A stretch of 64,000 nt of DNA, taken from assembly GCA_048213135.1 (NCBI GenBank), contig PS015009.1, positions 1,550,001 through 1,614,000 of the forward strand, written 5' to 3'. Made by a program: the position numbers and the translations under genes. Shown one piece after another: positions 31,372-42,080 of this stretch (positions are counted from its first letter, which is position 1; each line of letters opens with the position of its first letter). The notes under the pieces were generated by a model, which did no database searches, had not been told where the DNA came from, and was given only the letters and a program-made list of their open reading frames with translations. The DNA is from Reclinomonas americana ATCC 50394. Its lineage: Eukaryota.

Positions 31372-32610
31372 ATGATACAATTCGAGAAATTTGAACTGGC
31401 TAATGGCCTTAAAGTGATTGTGCATGAAGACCATAGCACACCCATGGCCGTGGTGAACGTAATATATGATGTGGGAGCACGAGACGAAGACCCCAACAAA
31501 ACCGGTTTTGCCCACCTGTTCGAACACCTTATGTTCGGCGGTAGCATCAACATTCCAACATACGACGAACCCCTGCAACTGGCCGGTGGCGAGAACAATG
31601 CTTTTACCACCAACGATGTAACCAACTACTATTGCCAGCTGCCCGCTGAAAATATAGAAACGGCTTTCTGGCTTGAAAGTGATCGTATGCTGTCGCTGGC
31701 TTTCGGGGAGAAGAGCCTGGAAGTGCAGCGCAAGGTAGTATGCGAAGAGTTCAAGGAACACTATATCAATAAGCCTTATGGCGATGTATGGCATAAAATG
31801 CGGGAACTGGCTTACACCACGCACCCTTATCGCTGGATGACCATTGGCAAGGAACTGAAACATGTGGAAGATGCCAGCCTGGAAGATGTGAAGGCCTTCT
31901 TTGCCAAACATTATACGCCCAGCAATGCTGTACTGGTAGTTACCGGCAATGTTGTTTCCAAACAAATAAGACAACTCGCGGATAAATGGTTCGGGCCTAT
32001 TCCCGCCGGAGAAAAATACCAGCGCAACCTGCCTCAGGAGCCCCGCCAGACAGCCCCGCGTACCCTGGAAGTAAAGGCCGACGTGCCGCTGGACGCCCTG
32101 TACAAATGCTGGCATATTTACCCCCGTACCGATATGCGTTACTACGTAGCCGACCTGATCACGGAAGTGATGAGCGGGGGCGGTTCGTCAAGACTGTACC
32201 AGTCATTGGTAAAAGAGAAAAAACTGTTCAGCAATATCGAATGCTATCACCTGGGTAGTACCGATGCCGGTCTGCTTACCATTGAAGGCAAACTGGTAAA
32301 AGGGGTGGACATGAAAGCCGCGGAAGCAGCCATAGACGAAGAGATCAGGAAACTGCAGACAGAAGGCGTTACCGATAAGGAACTGGAAAAGGTAAAAAAC
32401 AAAACCGAGAGCATGATGGCTTTTGAAGACATGACCATCATGAACCGGGCCGCCAGCCTGGCTATGTATGAACTGCTGGGCGATGCCGACCTCATCAACA
32501 AGGAACTGGATCGCTACCAGGCGGTAACCGCCGCACAACTGGCGGAAGAAAGCAGGATCATTTTTGATTCCAACAATTCAAACACACTTTATTATTATTC
32601 CAACAACTAA
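31372..32610 (+). CDS. M16 (pitrilysin/insulinase) peptidase, catalytic subunit
   Basis: GFAHLFEHLMF (HxxEH); NAFTT.D.TNY. Confidence 0.95.
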   Translation: MIQFEKFELANGLKVIVHEDHSTPMAVVNVIYDVGARDEDPNKTGFAHLFEHLMFGGSINIPTYDEPLQLAGGENNAFTTNDVTNYYCQLPAENIETAFWLESDRMLSLAFGEKSLEVQRKVVCEEFKEHYINKPYGDVWHKMRELAYTTHPYRWMTIGKELKHVEDASLEDVKAFFAKHYTPSNAVLVVTGNVVSKQIRQLADKWFGPIPAGEKYQRNLPQEPRQTAPRTLEVKADVPLDALYKCWHIYPRTDMRYYVADLITEVMSGGGSSRLYQSLVKEKKLFSNIECYHLGSTDAGLLTIEGKLVKGVDMKAAEAAIDEEIRKLQTEGVTDKELEKVKNKTESMMAFEDMTIMNRAASLAMYELLGDADLINKELDRYQAVTAAQLAEESRIIFDSNNSNTLYYYSNN

Positions 32611-32618
32611 GGATACAC

Positions 32619-33896
32619 ATGAACAGGAAAACGGCCCCGGCTATAAAAGATCCCGTGGATTTTGATCTGAAACTGAAACCCTATGATTATTTTGAACTGG
32701 ATAATGGTGTTCCCGTGTATGGCATAGACGCGGGCGAACAGGATGTGATACAGGTGGAGATGGTGTTTTATGCCGGCAACTGGACGGAAACCAAACAATC
32801 CGTTGCTGCCGCTACCAACTTTATGCTGAAGAACGGAACCAGCACCAAAACTGCCTTCCAGCTGAATGAAGCATTTGAATACTATGGCGCCTATTGCACC
32901 CGGGCCTGTTATAACGAAACCTCGGTGGTTACGGTCTCTTCCCTGAGCAAACACCTGCCCGAATTGCTGCCCGTGATGCGGGAAATGGTTTCCGATTCCA
33001 TTTTTCCGGAAGAGGAACTGGCTACTTATAAGCAGAACAGCAAACAAAGACTGAGCGTAAGCCTGAAGAAAAGTGATTTTGTGGCAGCAAGGCTGATCGA
33101 TGCGTATACCTATGGAGAGAAGCACCCTTATGGAAAGTATACCCATGCCGAAGATATTGATGCCCTTACTACGGCTGATATGAAAGCGTTTTTTAAGGAA
33201 CATTACCTGAACGGCAAACTGGTGATCTTTGTATCGGGTAAACTGCCGGCCAATATCAAAGAACAGCTCAATGCCAGTTTTGGAAGTTTAGGATGTTCCA
33301 AACTAACGGAAGCATTACCTGTTATACCGGTGCAGCCGGCCACAGAAAAGAAGTACCGCATCAGCAATGATGAGAATGGTGTGCAGGGGTCCATCCGACT
33401 GGCCCGTCCTTTCCCCAACAGGCATCACCCGGATTTTCCGAAAGTGATGGTGCTGAATACCGTATTTGGCGGCTTCTTTGGATCGAGGCTTATGAGTAAT
33501 ATCCGCGAAGAAAAAGGTTACACTTATGGCATTCACAGTTATGTGCAGAACCACCTGCAGCAATCGGCCTGGCTCGTGAGCACCGAAGCGGGTAAAGATG
33601 TTTGTGAAGCTACCATAGAGGAAGTGTATAAAGAAATGCAGCTGCTCCGCGAAGAACTGATCGATGAAGAAGAACTGCTGCTGGTACGCAATTACCTCAT
33701 CGGTACCATACTCGGCGACCTCGACGGGCCTTTCCAGATCATAGGAAGATGGAAAAATATTATTCTTAATGGCCTTGATGAAAATTATTTCTACCACTCC
33801 ATTGACGTCATTAAAAATATATCGGCAGAGGAACTGCGAACGCTGGCGCAACAATACCTGAATCCATCCGAATTCTATGAATTGGTCGTGATTTAA
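32619..33896 (+). CDS. M16 peptidase, non-catalytic subunit
   Basis: Lacks HxxEH; SRLMSNIREEKGYTYG. Confidence 0.92.
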   Translation: MNRKTAPAIKDPVDFDLKLKPYDYFELDNGVPVYGIDAGEQDVIQVEMVFYAGNWTETKQSVAAATNFMLKNGTSTKTAFQLNEAFEYYGAYCTRACYNETSVVTVSSLSKHLPELLPVMREMVSDSIFPEEELATYKQNSKQRLSVSLKKSDFVAARLIDAYTYGEKHPYGKYTHAEDIDALTTADMKAFFKEHYLNGKLVIFVSGKLPANIKEQLNASFGSLGCSKLTEALPVIPVQPATEKKYRISNDENGVQGSIRLARPFPNRHHPDFPKVMVLNTVFGGFFGSRLMSNIREEKGYTYGIHSYVQNHLQQSAWLVSTEAGKDVCEATIEEVYKEMQLLREELIDEEELLLVRNYLIGTILGDLDGPFQIIGRWKNIILNGLDENYFYHSIDVIKNISAEELRTLAQQYLNPSEFYELVVI

Positions 33897-33968
33897 CGAT
33901 TACAGGAACGGTGTGATCTTTATGACACACAATTTTTAATTTTGCGTTTTTACTTTTAACTTAACAGC

Positions 33969-34334
33969 ATGCAAAAATGGTTCATCAGGATACTCGTATG
34001 TGCGGTTAATGTTTTCCTGCTCGCTTATATTCTTCCGGGAGTGGAGATCAAGGATATGCTCACCGCCCTGGTAGTGGCCGTTGTGTTGTCGCTGCTGGAC
34101 GCTTTCATTAAACCGCTGATCATACTGCTTACCCTGCCGGTTACCATTCTCACGCTGGGTATCTTCCTGTTTGTGATCAACGCCTGTATCATCCTGCTGG
34201 ATGCTCATTTTGTACATGGGTTCAACGTGGAAAGCTTCTGGCATGCCCTGCTGTTCAGCGTTTTGCTGTCGTTCTTCAATTCTTTTGTACATAAAAAAGC
34301 CTTTCCTGATGAGCAGGAACAGAAACAGCAATGA
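33969..34334 (+). CDS. 4-TM YvlD/phage holin superfamily IV membrane protein
   Basis: KPLIILLTLP.TILTLG.F.FVINA signature. Confidence 0.88.
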   Translation: MQKWFIRILVCAVNVFLLAYILPGVEIKDMLTALVVAVVLSLLDAFIKPLIILLTLPVTILTLGIFLFVINACIILLDAHFVHGFNVESFWHALLFSVLLSFFNSFVHKKAFPDEQEQKQQ

Positions 34335-34405
34335 TCACTCATTGCTGTTCGCTGTATATAAAAACTGAAGCGGATTTTCCATTCGCATATTAAGTCATTC
34401 GCACA

Positions 34406-35559
34406 TTATTGAATGCTCATATTGTAACGTTTCGCCTGTTCCCTGATGATGCGTTCTACTTCTGTTTCAAGTGTTACTGTATTTTTGGCATTGGCGTTCT
34501 TTAATCTTTCCGCGGCAATATAGCTCTCACGCTGTGTACTAAGTTTCGCGATCTCCTGCTGGATGTTGTTGCGCTCCATGCCTTTCTCTTTTACTATTTT
34601 GGTGATCTCTTCTTTGCTTTTGCCTTTTAAACTGTCGGGCAATGATTTGGTGTCGAGTTTGGCGATGAAGTTCTGGTCTTTTTCCTGCGCATCCACCAGG
34701 TCCCAGGTATCATTCTTATACAGTTCTTTTTTCCTTTAACCGCCACGCGTTTGGCGGCAACGGACTTATTCATCGAATAATTCATTTTGTCTACCTCGCC
34801 TTGTTTGGCCATGTTGGCATAGCCGTTACTACCATAAGCTACATAGGTACGGTTGAGTTTATCATTTAACACAAACAGCGTGCTGTCATAAGGCGTGGGA
34901 ATATCCTCCACTTTGGCATCCTGGTTAATATTGGTGTAACTACCGGTACCGCATTCACTGCCCAGGTTCCAGTGTTCGCGTATGCCCTGCATCCTGTCGC
35001 CGCAATAGATCGTATTCACAATTACACCTTTTTGTTTGGCCGCTGCGCATGATTTGCTGTAAGGGACATCGCCCTGTAAAAAATCCTCATTACCGGCTAT
35101 AAAGATCACTTTGTAGTTGTTCGCCGCCGGGTCCCAGGCCAGTTCATCGATTGAGCTTAAAATAACATGTCCGCAAAACTCATCACCGCCATTGGTAGTA
35201 AGCGCAAAAAGATTTTTGGATACCTGGTCGAGGTCGGTAGTGAAGCCGCTGATCTGCTGTACATATCCTTTTTTTACATTGTTGCTGCTGCGGCCGTATT
35301 CATATAAAGCGATCTCGATCTGTGGTGGCAGGTCATTGGCGCACTTAGCCTTGCCCATAACGCTCACCATGTTCCAGAGCTGGGCCTTGGCCTGTTCAAT
35401 AAGCCCGTCCATACTGTTGCTTACGTCAAGTAATATAGCCACCTGTATTTTACCCTGGGCCGGAGGGTCTTTTTTGGGAGGCTGATCGGTGAAAGCCATA
35501 ATGGTGCCGAGCCCGCACAGGAGAAGCAGGGCTGCCAGGCGTTTGTTGGTAGATTGCAT
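34406..35559 (-). pseudogene. Exported VWA-domain protein interrupted by a one-base frameshift at about 34726-34732
   Basis: LLDVSNSM MIDAS motif; one extra A in GGAAAAAAG joins the two ORFs as VKGKKELYKNDTWDLVDAQEKD. Confidence 0.8.
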
Positions 35560-35762
35560 ACAAGGAAGTTTCCGGTAAGATGCAAAGCCGGAAGGAAATT
35601 CACAAGAAAATGGACGTAGCGGAAACGGCTTTCTCATTTTTTTAACAAAGGAGGCAGGGTACAGGGTAGCAGGTATTAAGTATCAGGAAAAGCACAGCGC
35701 CTGAATACTTGCTACTTTATACTCACTACTTTATTCTACTTTTGCGTCACCAAACGAAGAAT

Positions 35763-37763
35763 ATGCATTTCGATAAAAAAGATCTTTCCAAAGATCAGTT
35801 GCTTGCGCTGTATAAGAATATCCTCCTGCCCCGTATGATCGAAGAAAAAATGCTGGTGCTGCTGCGGCAGGGTAAGATCAGCAAATGGTTCAGCGGTATT
35901 GGCCAGGAAGCGATAGCGGTGGGTGCTGCTATGGCATTACAGTCAGACGAATGGATTATGCCCCTGCACCGTAACCTGGGTGTTTTTACCACCAGGAAAA
36001 TGCCGCTGAATAAACTGTTTATGCAATGGCAGGGCAATAAAGACGGTTACAGCAAAGGCAGGGAAAGGAGTTTTCATTTTGGCAATGCGGAGCATCATAT
36101 CTGTGGCATGATCTCTCACCTGGGCCCGCAACTGGCTATTGCTGATGGTGTGGCACTGGCATATAAACTCAGGAAAGACAATAAAGTATCGGTTGCTTTT
36201 ACGGGCGATGGTGGTACCAGCGAAGGCGACTTCCACGAAGCATTGAATACGGCTGCCGTATGGGACCTGCCTGTTATTTTTATTATAGAGAACAACGGCT
36301 ATGGGTTAAGCACACCTGTGAATGAGCAATACCGTTGCGAAAGCCTGGTAGATAAAGCCAAAGGTTATGGTATGGAAGGTGTGCGCATCGACGGTAATAA
36401 TATCATTGATGTATATGATACCATTAAGGGTATCCGCGACTATTGCATCACCAACCAGAAGCCTTACCTGGTGGAATGCATGACCTTCCGTATGCGTGGA
36501 CATGAAGAGGCCAGCGGTGTAAAGTATGTGCCACCGCAACTGTTTGAGGAGTGGGAAAAGAAAGACCCCATCAAAAATTATGAACAATGGCTGCTGTCAC
36601 AGCATGTGATAACTGCTGCCGATATAGAGTCCATCCGCAACGAATTCAAAACTTATATTGACACGGAATTGCAGCAGGCTTACCAGGCCTCAGCATTGGT
36701 GCCTGATACCGCGGAAGAAGTACACGATGTATATGCACCCAAACAACCGGTACCGGGTGTTACGCTGCTCGACAGTGCCGTGTCGCATCATGTAAGCGGA
36801 CCGGAAAAACGTTTTATCGATGGTATTAAAGACGGTCTCCACCAGTCGATGGAAAAGCACCCCAACCTGGTACTGATGGGACAGGACATTGCAGAGTATG
36901 GCGGCGCTTTTAAGATCACCGAAGGTTTTGTGAATGAGTTTGGCAAAGCAAGGGTGCGGAATACACCACTGTGTGAAAGCGCCATTGTGGGTACAGCGCT
37001 CGGGCTAAGCCTGGAAGGATACAAAAGCATGATGGAAATGCAGTTCGCCGATTTTGTTACCGTTGGTTTTAACCAGATCGTAAATAACCTGGCCAAGATA
37101 CATTACCGCTGGGGACAAAATGCCGATGTGGTGATCCGCATGCCTACCGGCGGTGGTGTAGGCGCAGGGCCTTTTCACAGCCAGAGCAATGAGGCCTGGT
37201 TTACAAAAACACCGGGTCTTAAAGTCGTATACCCCAGCACACCCATGGATGCCAAAGGTCTGCTCATCGCGGCGCTCAATGATCCTAATCCCGTTGTTTA
37301 TTTTGAACACAAGGCGCTGTACCGCAGCATCAGCGGGCCTGTACCTGAAACCTATTATGAAACGGAGATCGGTAAAGCCCGGCTGGTACAGGAAGGAGAA
37401 GACATCACCATCATCACTTATGGCGCCGCTGTGCATTGGGCTACGGATTTTGCGAAAAACAATCCACGCATATCGCTGCATATACTAGACCTGCGTACTT
37501 TACTGCCGCTTGATTACGATGCGATAAAAGAAGCCGTACAGCAAACCGGCAAAGTGATCCTGTTGCACGAGGATACACTCATTGGCGGTATTGGCGGTGA
37601 AGTGGCCGCGTGGATCGCCGAACATTGTTTTCAATACTTGGATGCGCCGGTGATGCGCTGCGCTTCGCTCGATACACCCATTCCTTTTAACCTCGACCTG
37701 GAAAAGAATTTTATGGCATACAGCCGCCTGGGAGAGACCGTACAAAAGCTGATGGCCTATTAA
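35763..37763 (+). CDS. 2-oxoacid (probably branched-chain) dehydrogenase E1, fused alpha/beta
   Basis: GDGGTSEG..N TPP motif, RMRGHEE, TPLCE, EMQFADF, GPFHSQ. Confidence 0.93.
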   Translation: MHFDKKDLSKDQLLALYKNILLPRMIEEKMLVLLRQGKISKWFSGIGQEAIAVGAAMALQSDEWIMPLHRNLGVFTTRKMPLNKLFMQWQGNKDGYSKGRERSFHFGNAEHHICGMISHLGPQLAIADGVALAYKLRKDNKVSVAFTGDGGTSEGDFHEALNTAAVWDLPVIFIIENNGYGLSTPVNEQYRCESLVDKAKGYGMEGVRIDGNNIIDVYDTIKGIRDYCITNQKPYLVECMTFRMRGHEEASGVKYVPPQLFEEWEKKDPIKNYEQWLLSQHVITAADIESIRNEFKTYIDTELQQAYQASALVPDTAEEVHDVYAPKQPVPGVTLLDSAVSHHVSGPEKRFIDGIKDGLHQSMEKHPNLVLMGQDIAEYGGAFKITEGFVNEFGKARVRNTPLCESAIVGTALGLSLEGYKSMMEMQFADFVTVGFNQIVNNLAKIHYRWGQNADVVIRMPTGGGVGAGPFHSQSNEAWFTKTPGLKVVYPSTPMDAKGLLIAALNDPNPVVYFEHKALYRSISGPVPETYYETEIGKARLVQEGEDITIITYGAAVHWATDFAKNNPRISLHILDLRTLLPLDYDAIKEAVQQTGKVILLHEDTLIGGIGGEVAAWIAEHCFQYLDAPVMRCASLDTPIPFNLDLEKNFMAYSRLGETVQKLMAY

Positions 37764-37801
37764 TCATTACAGGAGACAACAACCTGTTATCATACCTCAT
37801 T

Positions 37802-37827
37802 AAAAATCCCACATCTGTGGGATTTTT
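37802..37827 (+). terminator. Probable terminator hairpin
   Basis: AAAAATCCCACA-tc-TGTGGGATTTTT. Confidence 0.65.
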
Positions 37828-37882
37828 CCGTTACCGGCGGATTATAGATTTGCTCCCTATCGGCAACTCTTAAAATCCGTTT

Positions 37883-38386
37883 ATGAAAAAGATACTCATC
37901 CTCCTGCTTTGTACAGCAGCTCTTCACACAAAGGCGCAGAACACCCGGCCCGTCACTATCAACAGTGCAGGACATACTGCCACTGTTGAAGGAAACATTC
38001 ACGAATGGTCCATCGGTGAGATAGCAGCGGTCGCCACCATTTCCAATCCTGCCATTACCATTACCCAGGGATTATTGCAGCCGGGGTACAGAGCGGAACT
38101 GGTCACTGTCAAAAACGCAAATGACCTCTTTCTTGTATACCCTGTTCCTGCCAGCAGTTTTGTATATATAAAACCGGGTACGGCATCCGGATCTAAACTC
38201 GAACTCTCTTTATTCGATGCGTCAGGAAAATGGGTACTGGGTAAAGAGGCGCAACTCACCAGTGGCAAGGAGCTGCAAATACTGGATGTGCGCAAGCTTG
38301 CCCCGGGCAGTTACCTGCTCAGAATTGTATCTGCGAAAAACGGCGAAAACTATTCAGCAACATGGAAACTCATAAAAAATAATTGA
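37883..38386 (+). CDS. Small T9SS type A sorting domain protein
   Basis: Signal peptide; WSIGE...TQG..QP; VYPVPA...LAPGSYLLRI....KLIK. Confidence 0.9.
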   Translation: MKKILILLLCTAALHTKAQNTRPVTINSAGHTATVEGNIHEWSIGEIAAVATISNPAITITQGLLQPGYRAELVTVKNANDLFLVYPVPASSFVYIKPGTASGSKLELSLFDASGKWVLGKEAQLTSGKELQILDVRKLAPGSYLLRIVSAKNGENYSATWKLIKNN

Positions 38387-38413
38387 TCAACCTCTCACTA
38401 AAATTCACCCGAC

Positions 38414-40615
38414 ATGAAAAATGTAATCCTTCTCTTGTTCGTAGCCATCACGGTCACCAGTTATGCCCAACCGCCGGCACGCTTCAGCTACCAGGGCGTT
38501 GTACGCAATGCCACAGGTGTGCCTGTCACCAACCGTGCTGTTACGCTTCGTTTGTCCATCCTCAACGGATCGGCCAATGGCCCGGCAGTATACACCGAAA
38601 TACAATCAGTAACTACTAACGCTTTTGGTTTATACACCCTTGCAGTGGGTGGTGGTAAGACTGTTTCGGGTAAGATGGCTGCTGTCAACTGGGCCATCGG
38701 CGACAAATACATTAAAGTGGAAATGGACATCGATGGCGGTTCCCGTTTTTCTGACATCGGAACAGCGCAATTGCTGAGCGTACCTTTTGCACTTTATGCA
38801 GCATCAGGCCCGGGAGGGAACACTTCTAACGGACTCGATCCATACTGGCGGCTTGATGGCAATGCAGGTACTGTTCCCGGCACTGACTTCCTCGGCACTA
38901 CCGATAACAAAAGGCTTGACATCAGGACCAATAACAAACTCTCCGGTTTCCTTGATCCCGCCAACAGCAATGTGGCATTAGGTACTGAAGCATTGAAAAA
39001 TAACGCGGGAAATAATATGGTAGCCATTGGCGACAGTGCACTGTACACCCAGGGTACCAACCCGTACGGCAACTATGGTAACACTGCCGTTGGAAGCAAA
39101 TCACTGTATTCCAACACGTATGGTACAGACAATACAGCATTGGGTTTCCGGTCGCTGTATTCCAACACCTACGGCAACTTTAATACAGCCGCAGGTTTCC
39201 GGGCGTTGTATGCCAATACTGGCGGCGAAGCCAATACCGCCATCGGTAATGAATCACTCACCGCTAATACAACAGGTGGGCACAATACTTCGGTAGGTTT
39301 TTTCTCCCTCACCAGTAATACGAATGGTTATTACAACACCGCAACAGGCGTTAACTCCATGCGCAGCAATACCACAGGAAGTTTCAATACCGCCAGCGGT
39401 TGGTCGGCCCTGTATTCCAACATAAGCGGTACCGATAATACAGCAGCAGGCTGGTCGGCATTGTACAGCAACACCACGGGATACTCCAATTTAGCCTCCG
39501 GGTTCTCTTCACTTTATTCCAACAGCTCGGGTCATTCGAACACCGCCAGTGGCTGGTCGTCAATGAAAAATAATACAACAGGGTATACCAACACCGCTAC
39601 CGGCAATGCTTCCCTGTATTATAACACTTCAGGATATGCCAATGTGGCCAATGGGTATTACAGCATGTATTCCAATACTACCGGGCGCAACAACACCGCC
39701 AGTGGCATCTATTCTTTATACTCCAACACGTCCGGTTATAACAATACCGCCAGTGGCATATCCGCACTTAACAGCAATACTACCGGGTACAACAACACGG
39801 CTGCCGGATCATCAGCGTTATACTACAATACTTACGGTGACAACAATACAGCGAGCGGGTTGAATGCCATGTACAGCAATACTTCCGGTTATTACAATAC
39901 GGCCAGCGGTGTTAATGCGCTCTATTCCAACAGCAGCGGTGCTGCGAATGCCGCCCTGGGATACAATGCCATGTACAGCAATACTTCTGGCTTGTTAAAT
40001 ACAGGTGTTGGTTATTATTCCCTGTACAGCAACACCACGGGTAATTACAATACCGCCCTGGGTTATTATGCCAATGTAGGCTCCGGTAACCTGAGCAACG
40101 CAACCGCCCTGGGTTATAATGCCATTGCTTATTCCAGCAACTCCGTTATCGTGGGCAACACCGGGGTAACCAGCATTGGCGGGCAGGTAAGCTGGACCAG
40201 TTTCAGCGATGGCAGGTATAAAACGAATGTACAGGAAGACGTGCATGGGCTGGACTTTATCCTGCAACTGAAACCCGTTACCTACAACTTCGACAGAAAT
40301 AAACTGGCGGAAAGAACAGCACGTATCAATGGCAGCAATACACAAAAGTTGCAGGCCGATACTCCCCCTGTTGCTGCCGAAGCCCGCTACAGTGGCTTTA
40401 TTGCACAGGATGTGGAGAAAGCTGCTAAAAGTGTAGGGTATGATTTCAGCGGGGTAGACAAACCATCCAATGACAATGCCACTTACGGTCTCCGTTATGC
40501 GGAATTTGTAGTGCCGCTGATCAAAGCGGTGCAGGAGCAACAACAGGTGATCGAAAAACTGAAAAAGGAGATAAACGAGTTAAAGCAGGTGCAAAAGGCC
40601 ATTACCTCCCGGTAA
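38414..40615 (+). CDS. Exported fibre-like protein with 14-aa beta-helical repeats and C-terminal peptidase S74 (intramolecular chaperone) domain
   Basis: FSYQGVVRN...QLLSVPFALYA N-domain; NTA.G..ALYSNT.G repeats; SDGRYKTN..L.PV.Y..GFIAQDV..LIKAVQE coiled coil. Confidence 0.9.
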   Translation: MKNVILLLFVAITVTSYAQPPARFSYQGVVRNATGVPVTNRAVTLRLSILNGSANGPAVYTEIQSVTTNAFGLYTLAVGGGKTVSGKMAAVNWAIGDKYIKVEMDIDGGSRFSDIGTAQLLSVPFALYAASGPGGNTSNGLDPYWRLDGNAGTVPGTDFLGTTDNKRLDIRTNNKLSGFLDPANSNVALGTEALKNNAGNNMVAIGDSALYTQGTNPYGNYGNTAVGSKSLYSNTYGTDNTALGFRSLYSNTYGNFNTAAGFRALYANTGGEANTAIGNESLTANTTGGHNTSVGFFSLTSNTNGYYNTATGVNSMRSNTTGSFNTASGWSALYSNISGTDNTAAGWSALYSNTTGYSNLASGFSSLYSNSSGHSNTASGWSSMKNNTTGYTNTATGNASLYYNTSGYANVANGYYSMYSNTTGRNNTASGIYSLYSNTSGYNNTASGISALNSNTTGYNNTAAGSSALYYNTYGDNNTASGLNAMYSNTSGYYNTASGVNALYSNSSGAANAALGYNAMYSNTSGLLNTGVGYYSLYSNTTGNYNTALGYYANVGSGNLSNATALGYNAIAYSSNSVIVGNTGVTSIGGQVSWTSFSDGRYKTNVQEDVHGLDFILQLKPVTYNFDRNKLAERTARINGSNTQKLQADTPPVAAEARYSGFIAQDVEKAAKSVGYDFSGVDKPSNDNATYGLRYAEFVVPLIKAVQEQQQVIEKLKKEINELKQVQKAITSR
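39073..40140 (+). repeat. Intragenic 42-nt (14-aa) tandem repeats, roughly 25 units
   Basis: Repeating xNTAxGxxALYxNTxG. Confidence 0.85.
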
Positions 40616-40682
40616 ATATCGCCGGGCTTAATGAAACGATAACACTTTCCGGGTATAAAAAAATACAGCACAAATAACTATA

Positions 40683-41390
40683 TTGAAAAAAAATTGTATG
40701 TCACGCGTACTGCTTATCCTGCTATTGCTGCCCCTGCATCGGGTTGTTGCACAGGCTAATCTTTCCCTCATTCCTTCATCGGGCAAAACAGTAAAAGCGT
40801 TTGTGCCTAAGGGATGGTCAGTCACCACTTCCGCGGAAGAAGATTTTAATAGCGACAACATCGCCGACCAGGCGATGGTGATAGAAGCGAACAAAACACA
40901 TCGCATGACAGCACCGGACTGTATCGGGGAAGAAAGAAAAGCGAAGATGATGTTCATCGTATTCGGACAGGCTGATGGCAGTTTTGTGCTGAGTGCCAAA
41001 TCGCAGCAGTTGTTCGCTAATGAAGATTGTGTGGCAGATTTTAAATTCCTTTCCATTGGCAAAAGGAATAAAACGCTGGAGCTCGTTTTCAATGATGAAT
41101 CCCTGCGGGGCATCGGGTCCGATTACTATTATTATTTCCGTTACCAGAAAAACGACTGGTATCTCATTGGTTATACCCATAAGCTGACCAAGGTTACCGA
41201 TCCTGATGCAGGTGTATGGGGTGTTGATGTGAACCTGGTTACCGGGGCACAGGAAGATTTCAGGCTGCAGATACCGGCCAACTCCAACGTGCTTGAAGGT
41301 CCTAAAAAGATCACCAAACGGTCAAAACAGAAAGTGACGCCGCTGCGTTTGCTCACGGCCATTAACCCTAATACGCTTGAGTTGCAATAG
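40683..41390 (+). CDS. Hypothetical exported protein (paralog A); start may be the ATG at 40698
   Basis: Signal peptide; FVPKGW, DFNSDNIAD, FRYQKNDWYLIG. Confidence 0.75.
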   Translation: MKKNCMSRVLLILLLLPLHRVVAQANLSLIPSSGKTVKAFVPKGWSVTTSAEEDFNSDNIADQAMVIEANKTHRMTAPDCIGEERKAKMMFIVFGQADGSFVLSAKSQQLFANEDCVADFKFLSIGKRNKTLELVFNDESLRGIGSDYYYYFRYQKNDWYLIGYTHKLTKVTDPDAGVWGVDVNLVTGAQEDFRLQIPANSNVLEGPKKITKRSKQKVTPLRLLTAINPNTLELQ

Positions 41391-41396
41391 TTCAAA

Positions 41397-42080
41397 ATGC
41401 TTGATATGAAACGAAGGTATATTTTTCTCCTGCTGGTATTGTTATTTGTGATGCAGTACGGCCATGCGCAGCAAAGTATGGCGGACTTAATAAAGAAAGT
41501 GCCGGCTTCGGGTAAGAGCAACACGGTTTTTGTTCCGAAAGGCTGGAAAGTGGCGCATAAAATGGTGGCCGACTTTAACGGGGATAATATAAAAGACATG
41601 GCCATGATCGCGGAAGGCAACGCGTTGATAGAAGGCGCTACATCCAAGGACCAGGTAGATATGATGCGCATGACCCTTGTTCTCCTCGGCAGCGCCAACG
41701 GATACCAATTGTCGGTTAAAATGCCACTGCAACTGAATTCCGATGCACCAGCTGAGCTGGATAGCCTGGCGGCACGTAATGGAAAGCTCGTCTTCTGTTT
41801 TGGTATCAGCACTTACCCGAATATGTCGGGCCTCGATCTCGCTTACCGTTATACCGGCAGCAACTGGATACTTGCCGGGTTTACCAAAGATTACTATGTT
41901 GGCGACGAAGGGGTGAAGAACCCGCCGCATATGCTGAGGATCTTCGATGCTGAAACCGGTGCAACAGAAGAATACCAGTTCAAAGGAAAAACAAGAATAC
42001 TGAAGAAGAAATATAAGAAAGCGGTGAAGGCGCCGTCGCCCATCAGCGACATGAACAAACTGGATGTATACAATCTCTGA
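41397..42080 (+). CDS. Hypothetical exported protein (paralog B)
   Basis: Signal peptide; FVPKGW, DFNGDNIKD, YRY....WILAG. Confidence 0.75.
   Translation: MLDMKRRYIFLLLVLLFVMQYGHAQQSMADLIKKVPASGKSNTVFVPKGWKVAHKMVADFNGDNIKDMAMIAEGNALIEGATSKDQVDMMRMTLVLLGSANGYQLSVKMPLQLNSDAPAELDSLAARNGKLVFCFGISTYPNMSGLDLAYRYTGSNWILAGFTKDYYVGDEGVKNPPHMLRIFDAETGATEEYQFKGKTRILKKKYKKAVKAPSPISDMNKLDVYNL

Noticed and set aside
33969-40615. Prophage suggested by holin-family and tail-fibre-like genes
   Set aside because: No integrase, terminase, capsid or lysin; the fibre has a Sec signal peptide; housekeeping genes lie in between
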